From Lingula anatina (taxonomy: Eukaryota; Animalia; Brachiopoda), in the NCBI GenBank assembly GCA_051362555.1, contig CM120647.1, positions 20,374,651 through 20,438,650 of the forward strand: a stretch of 64,000 nt of DNA, read 5' to 3'. Under the pieces are notes generated by a model, which saw only the letters and a program-made list of their open reading frames with translations, did no database searches and was not told where the DNA came from. A program made the translations under genes and the position numbers. This document shows positions 14,101-27,341 of this stretch, one piece after another; within the stretch, counting starts at the first letter, position 1; each line of letters begins with the position of its first letter.

Positions 14101-16112
14101 CAGGATTTGGATGGTGAGGTAATTATTGTGTATACATGGAGGTAGGATTTTGAACAGCAAAGTTTAAAGGAATAATCGTAAAAAGGAGAAATTTGAATTG
14201 TATTGCCATAACAATTAATCACACAGGCACTTATTTGTTAATCAGATGAGCCATTTAAAGTTTAAATTGCGTATACAAGTACAAAATGTGATTTACGTGT
14301 ATAATGAGACACATTATGTAAATAATGAATAAGATTACCTGATTTTTTTCCTGCCGTATATTCCTTACCATTAATCCAATGTTCAATCACCTTCTGGATA
14401 ACAATGACATATTGTTGTAGTCTAGTCATTAAAACATCCACGTCCCAAATGCTTGGCAATCAGATTCTTAGCTTTTTTGATAACATAATCTGTTTCAAAA
14501 GAAATACATTCAAAACCGTGCTAAACGTCCGATTCGGTGTCCAAATAGTTTAAATAAGAGTAGTTTGTGTTGCTGCTTCAGTGATCTCGCCCTATGTCAC
14601 CTTCGCTATTCCATTATAGGAGGTTCTCGAGTTCTGCACTTCGCTGAGCCAGATAACACCCTATCATGGTCACTACTGCACGCCAGTACCCCGGATTTAA
14701 CTGCCTTCACAGCCTGCGCATACATCAAAACTATCCGCACCACAAGCGGCCCGATTCTGTCATACGGCTCAGAGAGTTGTCGTCGGATCATAGAACTTGG
14801 ATACAGCCCCTTTGGTCACGGTTACTCAGTTGTTTTGAAGGACGTTAGCATACTGGGTAGGTCCTCTCGTGCTGAAGCGCCCCTACCGGCTGATGGGAAC
14901 TGGCACCACTGGTGTGTGGTGTGGAGTGGTGCCAAGAGAGAGGTTAATATATACAGGGATGGTATCCACGCGCTGAGTCAACATGTTAATGTTTCACATA
15001 TACCTGGAGGTAAGAGGATGATATCTGGATTATACGGCTATTCCTCATTATAACGTGAGTTACATCACTGTCCATGTACCATTACCTGTCGTGTGAGCAA
15101 CATCATGAAGATATTCCTATAGAAATGTGCACGTATGATTTAAAAATTGATGTTTAACTTTCATGTATAATTTGTAGGAATCCGACAAGATTTTTGTTAC
15201 TTCCACCAGGCAGTACTGTGATTTCAGACATAGATATACCAACTTGGTTTTATATGATTTATACGCAGGTCTTACAATTTCTCATTATTTCTAACTATGA
15301 CCTAGGACTCATCAAAGGGTGACCTGGATTCAGCATGTCATACAGAGTGAAGATATATCTAAGACTCTGTTAGATGCATTCAGATCAGATGAACCGCCAG
15401 GCCCGTATACGTAGCCAGCAATTTCAGGGAGGGGGGGTTCTGAAAAAGTGGACCTTCTACCATAAAATCCTCAAGTACATAGGTCAATTTTACCCAGATT
15501 GGACCTTTTCCCAGCAAAAAGGGTGGTTCTTTCGAACCCCCCAACCCCCCCCCCCCCTGGCTACGGGCCTGACCGCGGACTAACTGATCCACCGACAGAA
15601 TATGACCGACCCCACTAAAAATCAAGCCGCTGATTCCATTAATGCTCTCCCCATCTCCACACGCACCATTAAACGGATTAAATCTCGGCTCCAAGTTTTA
15701 AATTCTAGACCTCTGCAGTGTCGGCTCGTGTTGAGGCAGGGAGACCATTGGGGAATTACCGGCATTGCTTTTAAGTGAATCGGCCATATTTAGTCTGCGG
15801 ATCTGTTAGTCCGAGTGTAAGTGTAAGTACTACAGTAACGGTTCAAGATTTTACTGCGTTTCTTTACATAATTATATAATTTCAGGTGGAAAATGGGTCG
15901 TTGGACACACCCATTACGAGGCAACACCTGATTGTCCTCCTAAACATCCATCTTTTGTGGGGTTCGTCGGCGGCGTCAACGTCTGGGACCATGATAAAGT
16001 CGACATCCCCGGTCTGGCAATATGTGCCAATACTAATGAGGGGAGTATTATTTCGTGGGATACCGTCACCAAGTCTAACTTCAGGGTTGCGACATATTGG
16101 GAATATTGTTAA
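13528..16112 (+). CDS. Secreted pentraxin-domain protein, copy 2; exons 13528-13603, 14620-15009, 15886-16112; 230 aa
   Basis: Leader MCGSPLLVLFILAYSIDGGAALPGK, then AAAG|gtacag; 390-nt exon 2 and 227-nt exon 3 in frame; AATAAA near 16294. Confidence 0.85.
14043..14099. repeat. (TA)n microsatellite; another at 48713-48786
   Basis: Direct reading. Confidence 0.95.
15398..15571. mobile_element. Short TIR element (CAGGCCCGTA..TACGGGCCTG) with 5-bp TSD ACCGC, nested in a MITE family 3 copy (about 15375-15820)
   Basis: accgc|caggcccgta ... tacgggcctg|accgc; host-element relatives at about 40052-40255 and 61294-61497 (ccgcggactaacagatcc / gttagtcgg). Confidence 0.75.
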
Positions 16113-17101
16113 AGGACCATCGATGTCAATGAGTTTTCTTTAATTTGGTGTTGCATATAAATGGTGTAATATTTGTTACATATTTGGTATGTCATCTTTT
16201 ATTAATTAAAATTTACAGAATACTTCTTCCTTGCGCTAGGAAATTTTACTTTGGACAAACCAAACTGTCCTCGTGTCGATTTGTCAAGTTAAAAATAAAG
16301 AATAGCAGAAAGCAACAATATGGATCCATTTTTATGGTAATCGCTTTTAGAAAATAATTATATATATTACTCTTTGTTCAAACCATTACTTTCAGGATTA
16401 AATAAAATGTTGAAAACAATCAGTTTTTTTTACAACGTACACAAACAATTGCCCATTCTGCACCTACATGCATAAACATGCATGATCACGCAATATGTTC
16501 CTATAGGGGGCGGCACCGAGTTGAAACCACAAAGAAGAGTGGACCACCTACCAGCACTATCACTTGTCATTCAAACACAAAAGATCACAGAATTGACATT
16601 AATGAGCAAATATGTTTCTTTTCTAACGAATGTGGATGGAGTTGCTATAAATTACATCTACAGCAACTTTTATCAATTTATAGCCTAACAGCAACCGCAA
16701 TGTACCAAAGAAATGAACTTTGAACATTGTTTCCCTAGACATTTTACTATATGGGGCTTGGACAACAATTATTGCCTACTTGCCAGAAAAAAACGCAATT
16801 TCGAACTTTTGTTTGATTTTACAGGTCCATTATTGTGACCACCAGCAGAACGAAACACAACCTACTTAAAAATGAAAATTTGATAAAAAAAATAGCAAAT
16901 AAATAAAGTATATTTATATGTATAACTTCAACCTACGGGTTGCAATATTCCAATAAAGATTATTATGTTATTATTATTATTACATGTCCACAATAAGCAC
17001 ATTGTGTTTTTATGCTCTGGGATTCCCTTTAGTTTTAAAAATTGTGCTTCAATCGCTGTTATATGTGTTTTGCCAATGGACTATTTCCTTTAGATACCAA
17101 A

Positions 17102-17262
17102 GCTGAAACAGACGATAAAGACGAAATGCCTTGGAAACAGCACGTAGATTGAAGATACACAGATCGTTCAAGACGGGGCACCAGGTGGATATGATTTGCG
17201 CTGACGTACAATGTACATGTATTGAAACATCTTCCAATTGCCGAACCAGTTGCCAGAACACT

Positions 17263-17310
<48 letters not shown>

Positions 17311-17350
17311 GTCAAATAAAACGCAGTATAAGAATTTTTTAGAAATATGC
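17102..17350 (+). pseudogene. Decayed duplicate of the sulfotransferase 3' end
   Basis: gctgaaacagac...cgaaatgccttggaaacagcac...caggtggatatgatttgcgctgacgta...ttgaaacatcttccaat aligns to about 5048-5280; translation ETARRLK...QVDMICADV versus ETAHRWK...QVDAICADV; indels and an expanded A-run. Confidence 0.8.
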
Positions 17351-19349
17351 TGTTTTGTTTTAACGCTCGAAGAAAATCGGAACTACTATCATTTTCTCCT
17401 CAATTTGTCCATGAACCATTAAGGTTATTTTAGTGTCATTCAAGTGCAAATGATGCAAAATTCCACATCGAGTAAATTGTTTTAACCCTTGTTCGTTTTT
17501 TATCAAAAACAACAGGAATTTTCTATTACACCTAGCTCGATCAAATTTTTGGTATTCATTGTTTTGCTTTTTCTGTTATATATTTTATATATTTATCTAT
17601 GTTCGCCATACACAGTGGGGTGTCATAATAATTGCACGGTGAAATTATTGAAGGTGAATCACAGCTGGATTCTTAGTTTTTCTATTGGTACTTTATTGAA
17701 AAGTGGTTGTGTCAAGCTGATATTATAACTACAGGTTTACAGACCAGTGCCTTACCTTTAGGAAACAAATGATATGTCAGTATTAACTTTTTGTAGGTCC
17801 GCCACGTGTTCTCAATTTGACCACCCCCTTTTTGGACATAAACTGCTAAAGGTTCAGTTGTCCTTTGGCTCTAAAGACACTTTGGTTAAGAGAATGTCTG
17901 GTTAAGGGGAGACCCTTTGTTTTAATGTAAAACGCACGGTTCAGTTTTCAATTTATCGACACTACTTCACCAATTTCGTAGATATCACTGCAGCCCAAGC
18001 CATTATTGAAGCTGACTGTTTAATTAGGAAATGCAAATACAGGTATTGTCTGGATGATGTTCTCCATACTCTTACCAGTGTACTCACGGTTGTCAAGGTG
18101 AAAATGTACTCATCAGAGAAAATGTTCATTTTTTTGTCATTTGTGGGCTCCCGTACCAGCACCATGGTAGCAACTTGACAGTCAAAAGAGCGTAAAACCT
18201 TCAAAGCCTCCATTTTTTTTCATGGATGGAATACCATCACTGGTTACGCGAGCAATAAACTGCGAATCACTTTTTAAGGGTCCCGTGTCTAATACATCAC
18301 TTCAAACAAATGATCCAGCATTGGTACCACCCCTCTGTATAGTAATAAGAATTTTATCTGTTGGACTCTTAATATTTTCCTAAGTTTCTTTTCTTTTGGC
18401 TAAATCGGGTCGGTGGGTTGTCCAGACGTTTTACATTTCAGTAAAGTTCACTTAGTATTCCAATTTTTGCTGATATATGTTAAAGTGTTAAGACTGTAAA
18501 GTACCCAATAATTGTTTAAAGAAGACAACGAGTACACCATTTATACTTTTATTGTTCCAAGTACACGTATAATGTGTCCAGTTCACTGACCTTTTCATTG
18601 GCAGTCATGGCTTTCAGCATTGCAATATTTGTCCAAGTAGTCGTATTGCTACCTTTAAATGTTGCTGGTGCACTTGTTTAATGTGTCTGGTTTAGTAAAT
18701 TGTCAACGCTTGGCAACATTTTCAGTTGCATTGATGCACGAAATGCTCTTACATCAGCAAATTGTATTTGGCTGTCACCTTAAAGGAGATTGGTAACTGG
18801 AACCACAGGTCATCTGCTTAAGTTGTGAATAACGTTCTTTAGTTGCCTTAAAAATGCAGAAATCGTAGCTCGGAATATTTTTTCATATACATGAAAGATT
18901 TTATACAAGTAATGTCTCATAACTACATTACTTTGTCATCTCGGGTCTGCAACTGACAATATTTGCATCTTAACTGGCCAACATTTGCTATAGTATACAA
19001 AATTAACTCTGAAAAATAGCAAAGACAGGTTGTGTCTGATAAAGCATAATAAATAGTGAATCTACATTGACCGTCTCGTTACAATGACGTCATATGCAAG
19101 GAAACCATCTACAACCACCAACAGTTCATCTACGTGAGAATATCATTTCATTAAATATGTACTATCATACAATTCCATAACTCCTTTTTTCTAAAATTAT
19201 GATATTGTGATTCATTTGGTGGGTTGCCTTTTTTATTTGTTTCACAGAGAGAATATTGGTCTGTTCCTCTATACTGGTATTCCGTGTTAAGTAAAAAAAC
19301 GGAGAACACGGACGATCTGCATGACATATGACATGTGACATATGTGATT

Positions 19350-19404
19350 TAGCCAATCAGAGTGCACGGATTTATAATATAGTCGACCTTTACTTATATA
19401 AAAC
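19350..19404 (+). promoter_or_regulatory. Putative core promoter of pentraxin copy 3 (CCAAT box and TATA box)
   Basis: AGCCAATCAG at about 19352, then TATATAAAA at about 19396, roughly 100 nt upstream of the ATG. Confidence 0.5.
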
Positions 19405-19501
19405 GTGAGCATTTGAAGTTTGATCTCGGAATACCAGACAAAGAGCGTAGGTGCCCCAAAGCACAGGCATACTCTATATTTTGGTCTTGATTGACACCAT
19501 C

Positions 19502-19701
19502 ATGTTTGGAGATTCACTGTTTGCAGCGTTGGTTCTGACGTCTTGTATTAGCATTGGAACCGCGATGCCAGGTAGAGTACATTTTTTCATGTTACTCCCC
19601 CAGCATCACTGCCCTCTTGGCTCCTTTTTATGTTATATGCTTCACTGTTTTTAGGGGCTGGCATTTTTCCTTCACTGCAGTGTATGGATACAGATGTGTG
19701 T

Positions 19702-19740
<39 letters not shown>

Positions 19741-21974
19741 TGTGTGTATGTGTATGTGTGTGTGTGTGTATGTGTATGTGTGTATGTGTGTGTGTGTGAA
19801 AACACGTGTTATTGTTCGTCCTTCCGACTTATCATGATAGACTACTAAGGTGAAATCAAATAATTATGTTCTCGGGTATTTAATTTAATATATGCTTTAT
19901 TCATACTTTCTGCACCAGACCGAGCTGGTAAAAATGTACAGAGATTAAGTAATAGTAACAATAATAATGATGATGATAATAATAATAAAATACATAGATA
20001 AATATCACCAAAGTTACATTGTTGAAATGTACCATTATTATACATTCAGTATTTCATAATCATAAGCTAGGTGCGGTCTTAATGCCGAGTCAACTGCTCA
20101 CAGCACTGATCATACGCTAGCATCACACTTCAAGTATTGTATACATGACAAAGATTTAGATATTAATTATGCACGTGCCTGTTTTCTACTATGTGAAACA
20201 AACCTTCATATGTATAGTAATTATTTATACATCACAAACTGGAAGATGTAGCACAGTTTCTTTTGTTAAAAGCGAGGTTAAGGAATTTGGCCAAATATAT
20301 TATCACTGTCTTATTTGGGTTGTTCATTATGAAGGATAATTTATCTTTGTTGTTTAAATGTGTAAAGCATGTATGGGCGCTTTGTACTATTTGAAAGAGT
20401 ACTTTTCTATATTCTATATAACTCCAGAGAAGCAGATTTGGCATTTTCTTTTTTCAACTTGTGTTTAAAGGCTGTAAACTTCTGGTCTTATCTCTCTTTT
20501 GTCTCATCCCCAACATTATGATGTAACAAAGCTTATGTTTACCCACGGAAAAATATAACAAATGTTAAGTATTTGGATTTAACACAAAATCTATTTTCAA
20601 TTATGAAATACCCAAAATGACAATTTTAAAAAATAGACTACGATGATTTAATACGAAACTGCAATAGGCGGACCGTCGGGGTGAGCACCGGACAACTTTT
20701 TAACGGACCAATAGTCTCAGCGCTTCTGCTGACGTAGGAGAGCAATTCTACTTCCTTTTTACGTGTATCAAATTGAGATCATTCTGGACAGAATATAATA
20801 AATTGCTCTGCTTAATATGCAAAAAAAAAAAAAAAAAAAAAAAAAAATGCTATAGTGTATTCACTTGTTAAATAATCTCTGTTAGTTCTGTTGATGTCAC
20901 AATGATATCGCACTACGTCATTGCTGATTTTTATTTCCAGGCTTTCGGGTTATGTACTTCCCTGAGCCAGATAACGACCTTTCCTGGTCACTTCTACACA
21001 CCAATACCCCCGATTTGGAAGCTTTTACAGCCTGCGTATGGATCAAAACCATCCGCACCACAAGCGGTCCCATTCTGTCCTACGGTTCAAAGAGGTCTCG
21101 TCGGAGTATTGAACTTGGATACAGCCCCGTTGGTCACGGCTACTCGGTTGTTTTGAAGGGCGTTAGCGTACTGGATAGATCCTCTCGTGCCGAAGCGCCC
21201 CTACCGGCTGATGGGAACTGGCACCACTGGTGTGTGGTGTGGAGTGGTGCCAACAGAAAGATAGATATGTATAGGGATGGTATCCACACGTTGAGCCAAT
21301 CTGTTAATGTTTCACATATACCTGGAGGTAAGATCACGATGTTTGGATGCTACCTAGTACAAAAACGCGTACTTTAGGTTATTGGCTGTCAGAAGCCACA
21401 AGAACACATCTTGTAAACAACTTCGCCAGAATTATTATATATATATTTCGACACTTAAATGTTCAGGTGATTTATTATTTAAATACATGAAGATGATGGT
21501 GTTGAATTTTAAGAATTACGGTCAGATATATTTCTTGTTTTCACAAGTTATAATTGTGATCCTGTGCGCACATATTCCAACTCAGTTTTGAATGACCCAT
21601 CCTCAATTTCCCTTCCAGTGTTCTCTGATCTAGGGACAATCAAGGGATTAAAAAAGAGCCTTGCCATTGTTTTTTATTTAATTATTTTGAATTATGAATA
21701 ATCGCGCAAGCCTTCAATATTGTTTCTTTTTGAATACATATTTTCAGGTGGTAAGTGGTTCGTTGGACACACCCATTACGAGGCAACACCTGATTGTGTT
21801 CCGAAGCACCCATCATTCGTTGGATTAGTTGGCGGCGTCAACGTCTGGGACCATGACCGCGTCGACATCACCGGCCTGGCAATATGTGCCAATACTAACG
21901 AGGGTAGTCTCATATCCTGGGATACTGTCACCAAGACTAACTTCAAAGTGGCCACGTATGAGGAGCATTGTTAA
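19502..21974 (+). CDS. Secreted pentraxin-domain protein, copy 3; exons 19502-19571, 20941-21327, 21748-21974; 227 aa
   Basis: Leader MFGDSLFAALVLTSCISIGTAMP, CCAG|gtagag; acceptors ttccag and tttcag; intact frame; AATAAA at 22127. Confidence 0.88.
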
Positions 21975-22635
21975 AATGTTACCACTACATTTACATTTCT
22001 GTAATATGACTTTGGTCTGTATCCTATATGGATCGCAATTAAAGCATCAGAACCTCTTCCTTTTCCTTCGAAATTTTACTTTGAGATTGGAATGAACTAA
22101 ATGTTTTGAAATCCACATACCAAGTTAATAAAGAATTGCTGAAAGCGACAATATGGATTACACGTGTGTAAGGGACCCTTTGCCGATTTTCAACAACTGG
22201 AATTATATAGAAAATATCCGAGTGTTTTTAAATAATACGTGAGCTATTCACTCCTACAGTTGTTTTCCACTCGACCTAGTTTCAAACATCATTAGGAGAG
22301 TGTATTTTAAGTTAAAATGTATATCTCTCAGTCACCTCTTTTATTTCTTTAAATTAACTTCTATGACTGACTTGCAACTCGCCAAGTCACGTATTAATCA
22401 ATGAAAAATTTACTCTTTCTATCAATTACAGATTACAATGCAAATTAATTTTAACGGCTGGCATGCAAGCTGCTACATATACATAGACATACATATGGTA
22501 AAGCTTAATGCCAGATACATTCTAAATTGACATACTATTTTCCATTACTCAATTACATGTATATCTGAATATATCTTTAATTCATATCTAAGTCACCATG
22601 ACTGTTAATTAATTGTTTTTGTAAAGGACACTATC

Positions 22636-24693
22636 ATGTTTGGACATCCACTGCTTGCAGTGTTAGTCTGTATTTCTTGTACTGACAGTGGAGTCTCATG
22701 TTCCAGGTAAAAGTGTGAATGCAATATGTATGGTATGAATATAATTGCTGCTTTCCCATCAGGGTACATTATTACAAAGGGGGTTGAAATCCCAAGACGA
22801 AATTACGTTGGGTTCATTGATAACCCTGACATTTGTCTTTTTCACACAAGAACACTTAAAATGATATGTGAACCGAATAACTGCCTATGTACATGTACCT
22901 TGTCTTTCTTCGACCCAAAATAAAGAACAGGTACTAAGCTTACTTATGGTCCGATTCGGTCGATTTTCGTGTGCATCAAAAAGCTTCTTTGTAAATAACG
23001 CATTATAAAACAATCCACAGATCTTAGAGAAAGAGTATTTGTTTATAGCCACAGACAGCAGATTTTTGTTCTACCCTACATGTTTATCTTGAAAGACATT
23101 TGCCGGTGTTGCAACATAGAGTGTCTGTTCTGGAAGCGTTAATGTTGACCTCTTGTATTGGTTTTTGATCTGTGTTTGCACGCAATAAAATGAAAGCAAC
23201 TTTCCCAGCAAGATTACGACATAAACCCGCATGCATTTGCTTTATTGGATAAAGCATTTAACAACGTGCTGGTATTGTAGGAATATATAGCGAGAAAAAA
23301 ATATATTTTGTATTTTTAGGCATCGTTCGTAGATATCATAATACAAAATGCACGAAAAGGTAGGAGGAGTGTCGCAGACTGTGATCATTATTTTGGTTCC
23401 TGTTGTTGTTTGTGCGTATGTGCCTGTATATGCAGTTGTGTCCGCGTGGGTGAATATCCACCCTTCTTACTGACCTTACCAAAAATGACAATTAAGGTTC
23501 CTCTTATATAGTGGTACGTACACCATGTAAAGGACTAGACACTTAGCAATAAGTTGACTAAATTGTGTGTGTGAAATATATTTTGAATTGAGAGAATATG
23601 GGAAGAGACACGATGGAACATATGATATTACGTGATAGGCCATAACAGAAGTATTGTCATAAAAAAGATGAAAACAAATGCATTTAAAACCAGAACTTTG
23701 TCATTTTTATCTTTTCATCATTGCCGATGCACGCTGGTTATCTTTGGTGGATATAATGGTTGTCAATTCAAGAGGAGAATGTAAAAACAACCGCGCAATA
23801 TGTGTTTTATATTCATACAACGTTGTGCAGTTTGCATTAAAAACAGGATGTGCATTAACCTTGATCAGACATAACAACAGAAAGAAAGATATCTTTACAG
23901 TCACAGACTAGAATGTTTTGGTTAACTATGTCTTTTTTGCGTGAGACAAAACCCCCGTGTATGCTGATTTACTGCTGTCGTTCTGACTTTTTGTAATGAC
24001 AGTGAGGGCTCATCTTCACTGAAGGAAGTTTGGGTGTCAAAGACTAGGTTCCCATACCTATATCGATATAATAGAATCGATCCATCTCCAAGGGGCTTCT
24101 CGCTAAATTGTTTTCAGTTTAAGCGGCTTAGATATCTGGGACGCCTACGGAAGCTGCTAAACCATAATTAATTACGCCCTAGCAGCTTCAGCAGGCGTGA
24201 CAGACATCTAAGCCACTTAAGGGTATTGTAACCTTGTATTATCATCCAGATATCGAAAATGTGTTTTTCCGACATCTTATTTTTACAAAAGTGCATCTAG
24301 TTTTCCTTGTAATGTATAAGCATAGGCAACTCAAATTTTTTATCGTCAAATAGAAAAACTTTCTATTCTGAGGTGATATACCAATCGGTAAATGGTGTAC
24401 GACTGGTAACTTGAATGTGGTATTTGAGATGTTGCAGATATTATAATGCAACCTTGTTGCAATTGGTTTGCCAGTGTTTGTCGAACAATATATGCCAAAA
24501 CTTCTTATTCAACTTGCAATGTGATCGCAAGCAACTGCCTGTGATTCGGCGGCGGCGTCAACGCTGGGACCATGATAACATCGACATCCCCGGCCTGGCA
24601 ATATGTGCCAATACTAACGAGGGTAGTCTCATATCCTGGGATACTGTCACCAAGACTAACTTCAAGGTCGCAACATATAAGGAGTATTGTTAA
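22636..24693 (+). pseudogene. Pentraxin copy 4 pseudogene (B-type leader); exon 1 22636-22706, exon 2 absent, 3' part of exon 3 about 24543-24693
   Basis: Exon 1 is 71 nt versus 70 nt in copies 6 and 9, a phase shift. Intron 1 aligns with that of copy 6 up to about 24540, then jumps into mid exon 3. There is a 1-nt deletion (aacgctggg vs aacgtctggg). Confidence 0.85.
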
Positions 24694-26288
24694 AATATTA
24701 CTACTCCAATTACTGTAATATGAAATTGCATATACATATACATAGATATGAAAATCGCCTTTAAAACATTAACGCTTCTTCCTTTTGCTTTGAAGTTGTA
24801 CTTTTAGATTGGAATGAACTACATTTTTCAGAATCGACATACCAAGTTAATAAAGATTTGCTGAAAGCGACCATATGGATTCGATGTATATATGTGACCC
24901 TTTGTTAATTTTGTAATTATTGGAATTTTATATTAAAAAAAATAATAATAATAAACATCCAGCATGTTTCTAACTAATACGTGAGCTACAGTTGAGCTAC
25001 ACCAACAGTGAGCTACACCTACAGTTATTTTCCACATGACCTGATTTCGAACATGAATATCACAGAATAAGGGTTAAGAAAGAGACCTAATGAGGGCGTA
25101 TGTGAATTTTAAATCTATAGCTCTCCGTCATCTGTTTTATTCCTTTTAATTAACTTCTATGACTGAAATACAACTATCTTAATAAATTAAAACAAATAAA
25201 TGTGCCGGACTAAGCCAGTGAATTAGTTTGGATTATTTAGAAATTAGTTAGAAAAGAAAATGGTGGATGGCAGAAAGGCTGTGGCGTGTTACCCAACCCT
25301 TACTCCCAAATTTTAAGAGAGGGGGAGGTATGCTCTTATCATACGCCCTTTTAGGAGACGGTTCTAGTGCCGCATCTACTAATTTTTTGGCTGAGTCAAT
25401 AAGCTTTGCGGTAGTAAAAACATCATTTTACTGAACAAAGGATAATTGTGTTCTTAATTAAATAAAGCATCCCACGCTCGGTTCAGCAAGACACTTGTAT
25501 GTACAGGTATGTACTAGTACAACATGAAAATAATAAAAACAGTTTTAGATTCTTAAGCATACATGTACAATCTGAAATGACGTATTTTACATTTTAAAAT
25601 TCTATAGCATGACTACTTGAAGTACCAATTATTGGGAATTGTTGAGTGTAGCTAAGTGAGACTTCATTATCGTTTAACGGCGTGGAGAGGAAGAGGTACC
25701 ATCCAAGGTATACTAACATGTTGCATATCGACAAAAAGCTCATTTCAACAGTTTTTCACTTCACATCTTTACTTCATCACAATAGTCGCTCCCCTCTCCG
25801 CATCCTTAAATCAATCATGACGTGGTTTGTAAAATGAAATGTACGTCAAAGGTCCCATGTATCAAAAGTCAATGCCAAGCACTATCTTTATGTTTATCAC
25901 GGCACTGTTTAGAACTGCAAGTTTGAAAATTCGCGTTAAAAACGATAATGCGTGCATGATAAAAATTACATATGTATATTGCTTCCTACTGAAAGAAAAA
26001 AACTGCTGTCCTGTACAATTGGTGTACAATAAAATGAAGCCAAATGTGCAGGCAGAATCTTCATTGTCGACTTGTCACTGGGCATTTATGTGTTAATATG
26101 TTTACTTGACGTGTTCGGTTATAATAACGATTGAAGGACAATCGGTAAATTTAAAGAACTATAATCGATAAACTGCGCCCTAAGCCACACATGTAGTCAC
26201 TCACTATAATTTTTTGTCGGAAAACGTAAGGTCGTACGATTCCTTTCATGCAGTTTATGAAAGTGTGCTTGATCGTTATGACATATAA

Positions 26289-27341
26289 TTACAGTCCATT
26301 GCATCTGACACAGCCAAATAGCTTGGCATAGCCTTTCCTGACAATGGTCAATCTCAAGCCATAAATTAAAGGATTGACGACGCTATTTAAGACAATAAGA
26401 AAATTCCCAATCAGCGCAATAAGACGTGTCAAATACTGACATGTTTTATGTACACATCCTCTAAACTGGTCTACAATACTCAAACACATGTGTGTAACGC
26501 CCGGAGCCCAAAATAGCAGCATGACCACTGCCAAAATGGCAACAGTTTTCCTGGCCTTCAAAGTCGAGCGTTCAACATTGTTTTCAATGTTACTTCCAAT
26601 AGTAGGCGGCCCGCGACGCACATACTTCAACATTTCCCAGTATGTATACACTACCGCCAGTGTGGTGATTACAAATGATATCAGGAACACACAATCAGTA
26701 ATGAAAATGAACGTTCTTTCATTTTCAGTAACACGAGGCCCTATAGTCGTTAAACAGATGAAAATAATTGAAGCAGTCCAAGTAGTTGAGATATATATTT
26801 TAGCATGCGCCACTGAGGTTGATGTCAAATAGTAAAATGGTGCTTTTGTAGACACATATTGGCAGACAACGAGTCCAAACGTTGCCCAAATCGTGCAAAC
26901 CAACGATAAAAAAGAGATCTCATTCATAATATACCAGATGGACATGGGTCTCACTGTATAACAGGTCGGACGTTCGATGAGCATCATGATTCCTGATAGA
27001 AAATAGAAGACCATTGACACAAAATCCGATACTGCAACGTTTATAAGCATAATGTGGAATGCTGTCACAGGCTTCGGCATACGTGACAATGCCAGAAGTG
27101 CCGACATATTCCCGACCACTCCACAGACAGGCAAAACTGTATGAACTATACGAAATGCGTTACTATCAAGGACATCACAGCCTGGAGAATTAAAGTTTTT
27201 GTTTGGTGTTTCGGTCTCGTTGCCGCTGACAGATCTAAACGTTCCATTCAAAAATGTAAGAAGCGTATTACGTTCGTCACTTTCGACCTCGCTCCCGAAG
27301 TCAGCTGATATATTTGTTTCATTCCAAACTTCCATCTTCAT
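26289..27341 (-). CDS. Class A (rhodopsin-like) GPCR, single coding exon, about 350 aa, ligand unknown
   Basis: Seven hydrophobic segments; N-terminal N-glycosylation sequons (NET, NIS, NGT); TM1 GVVGN, TM2 NVAVSD, TM6 FWAP, TM7 NSVVNPLIY, C-terminal Cys. The ORF track starts at a TTG; the first in-frame ATG is 27341. Confidence 0.9.
   Translation of the reverse strand: MKMEVWNETNISADFGSEVESDERNTLLTFLNGTFRSVSGNETETPNKNFNSPGCDVLDSNAFRIVHTVLPVCGVVGNMSALLALSRMPKPVTAFHIMLINVAVSDFVSMVFYFLSGIMMLIERPTCYTVRPMSIWYIMNEISFLSLVCTIWATFGLVVCQYVSTKAPFYYLTSTSVAHAKIYISTTWTASIIFICLTTIGPRVTENERTFIFITDCVFLISFVITTLAVVYTYWEMLKYVRRGPPTIGSNIENNVERSTLKARKTVAILAVVMLLFWAPGVTHMCLSIVDQFRGCVHKTCQYLTRLIALIGNFLIVLNSVVNPLIYGLRLTIVRKGYAKLFGCVRCNGL

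Noticed and set aside
17265-17308. Poly(A) tail of a processed pseudogene
   Set aside because: Homology to the sulfotransferase continues after the A-run (ctgtcaaat), so it is an internal expansion.
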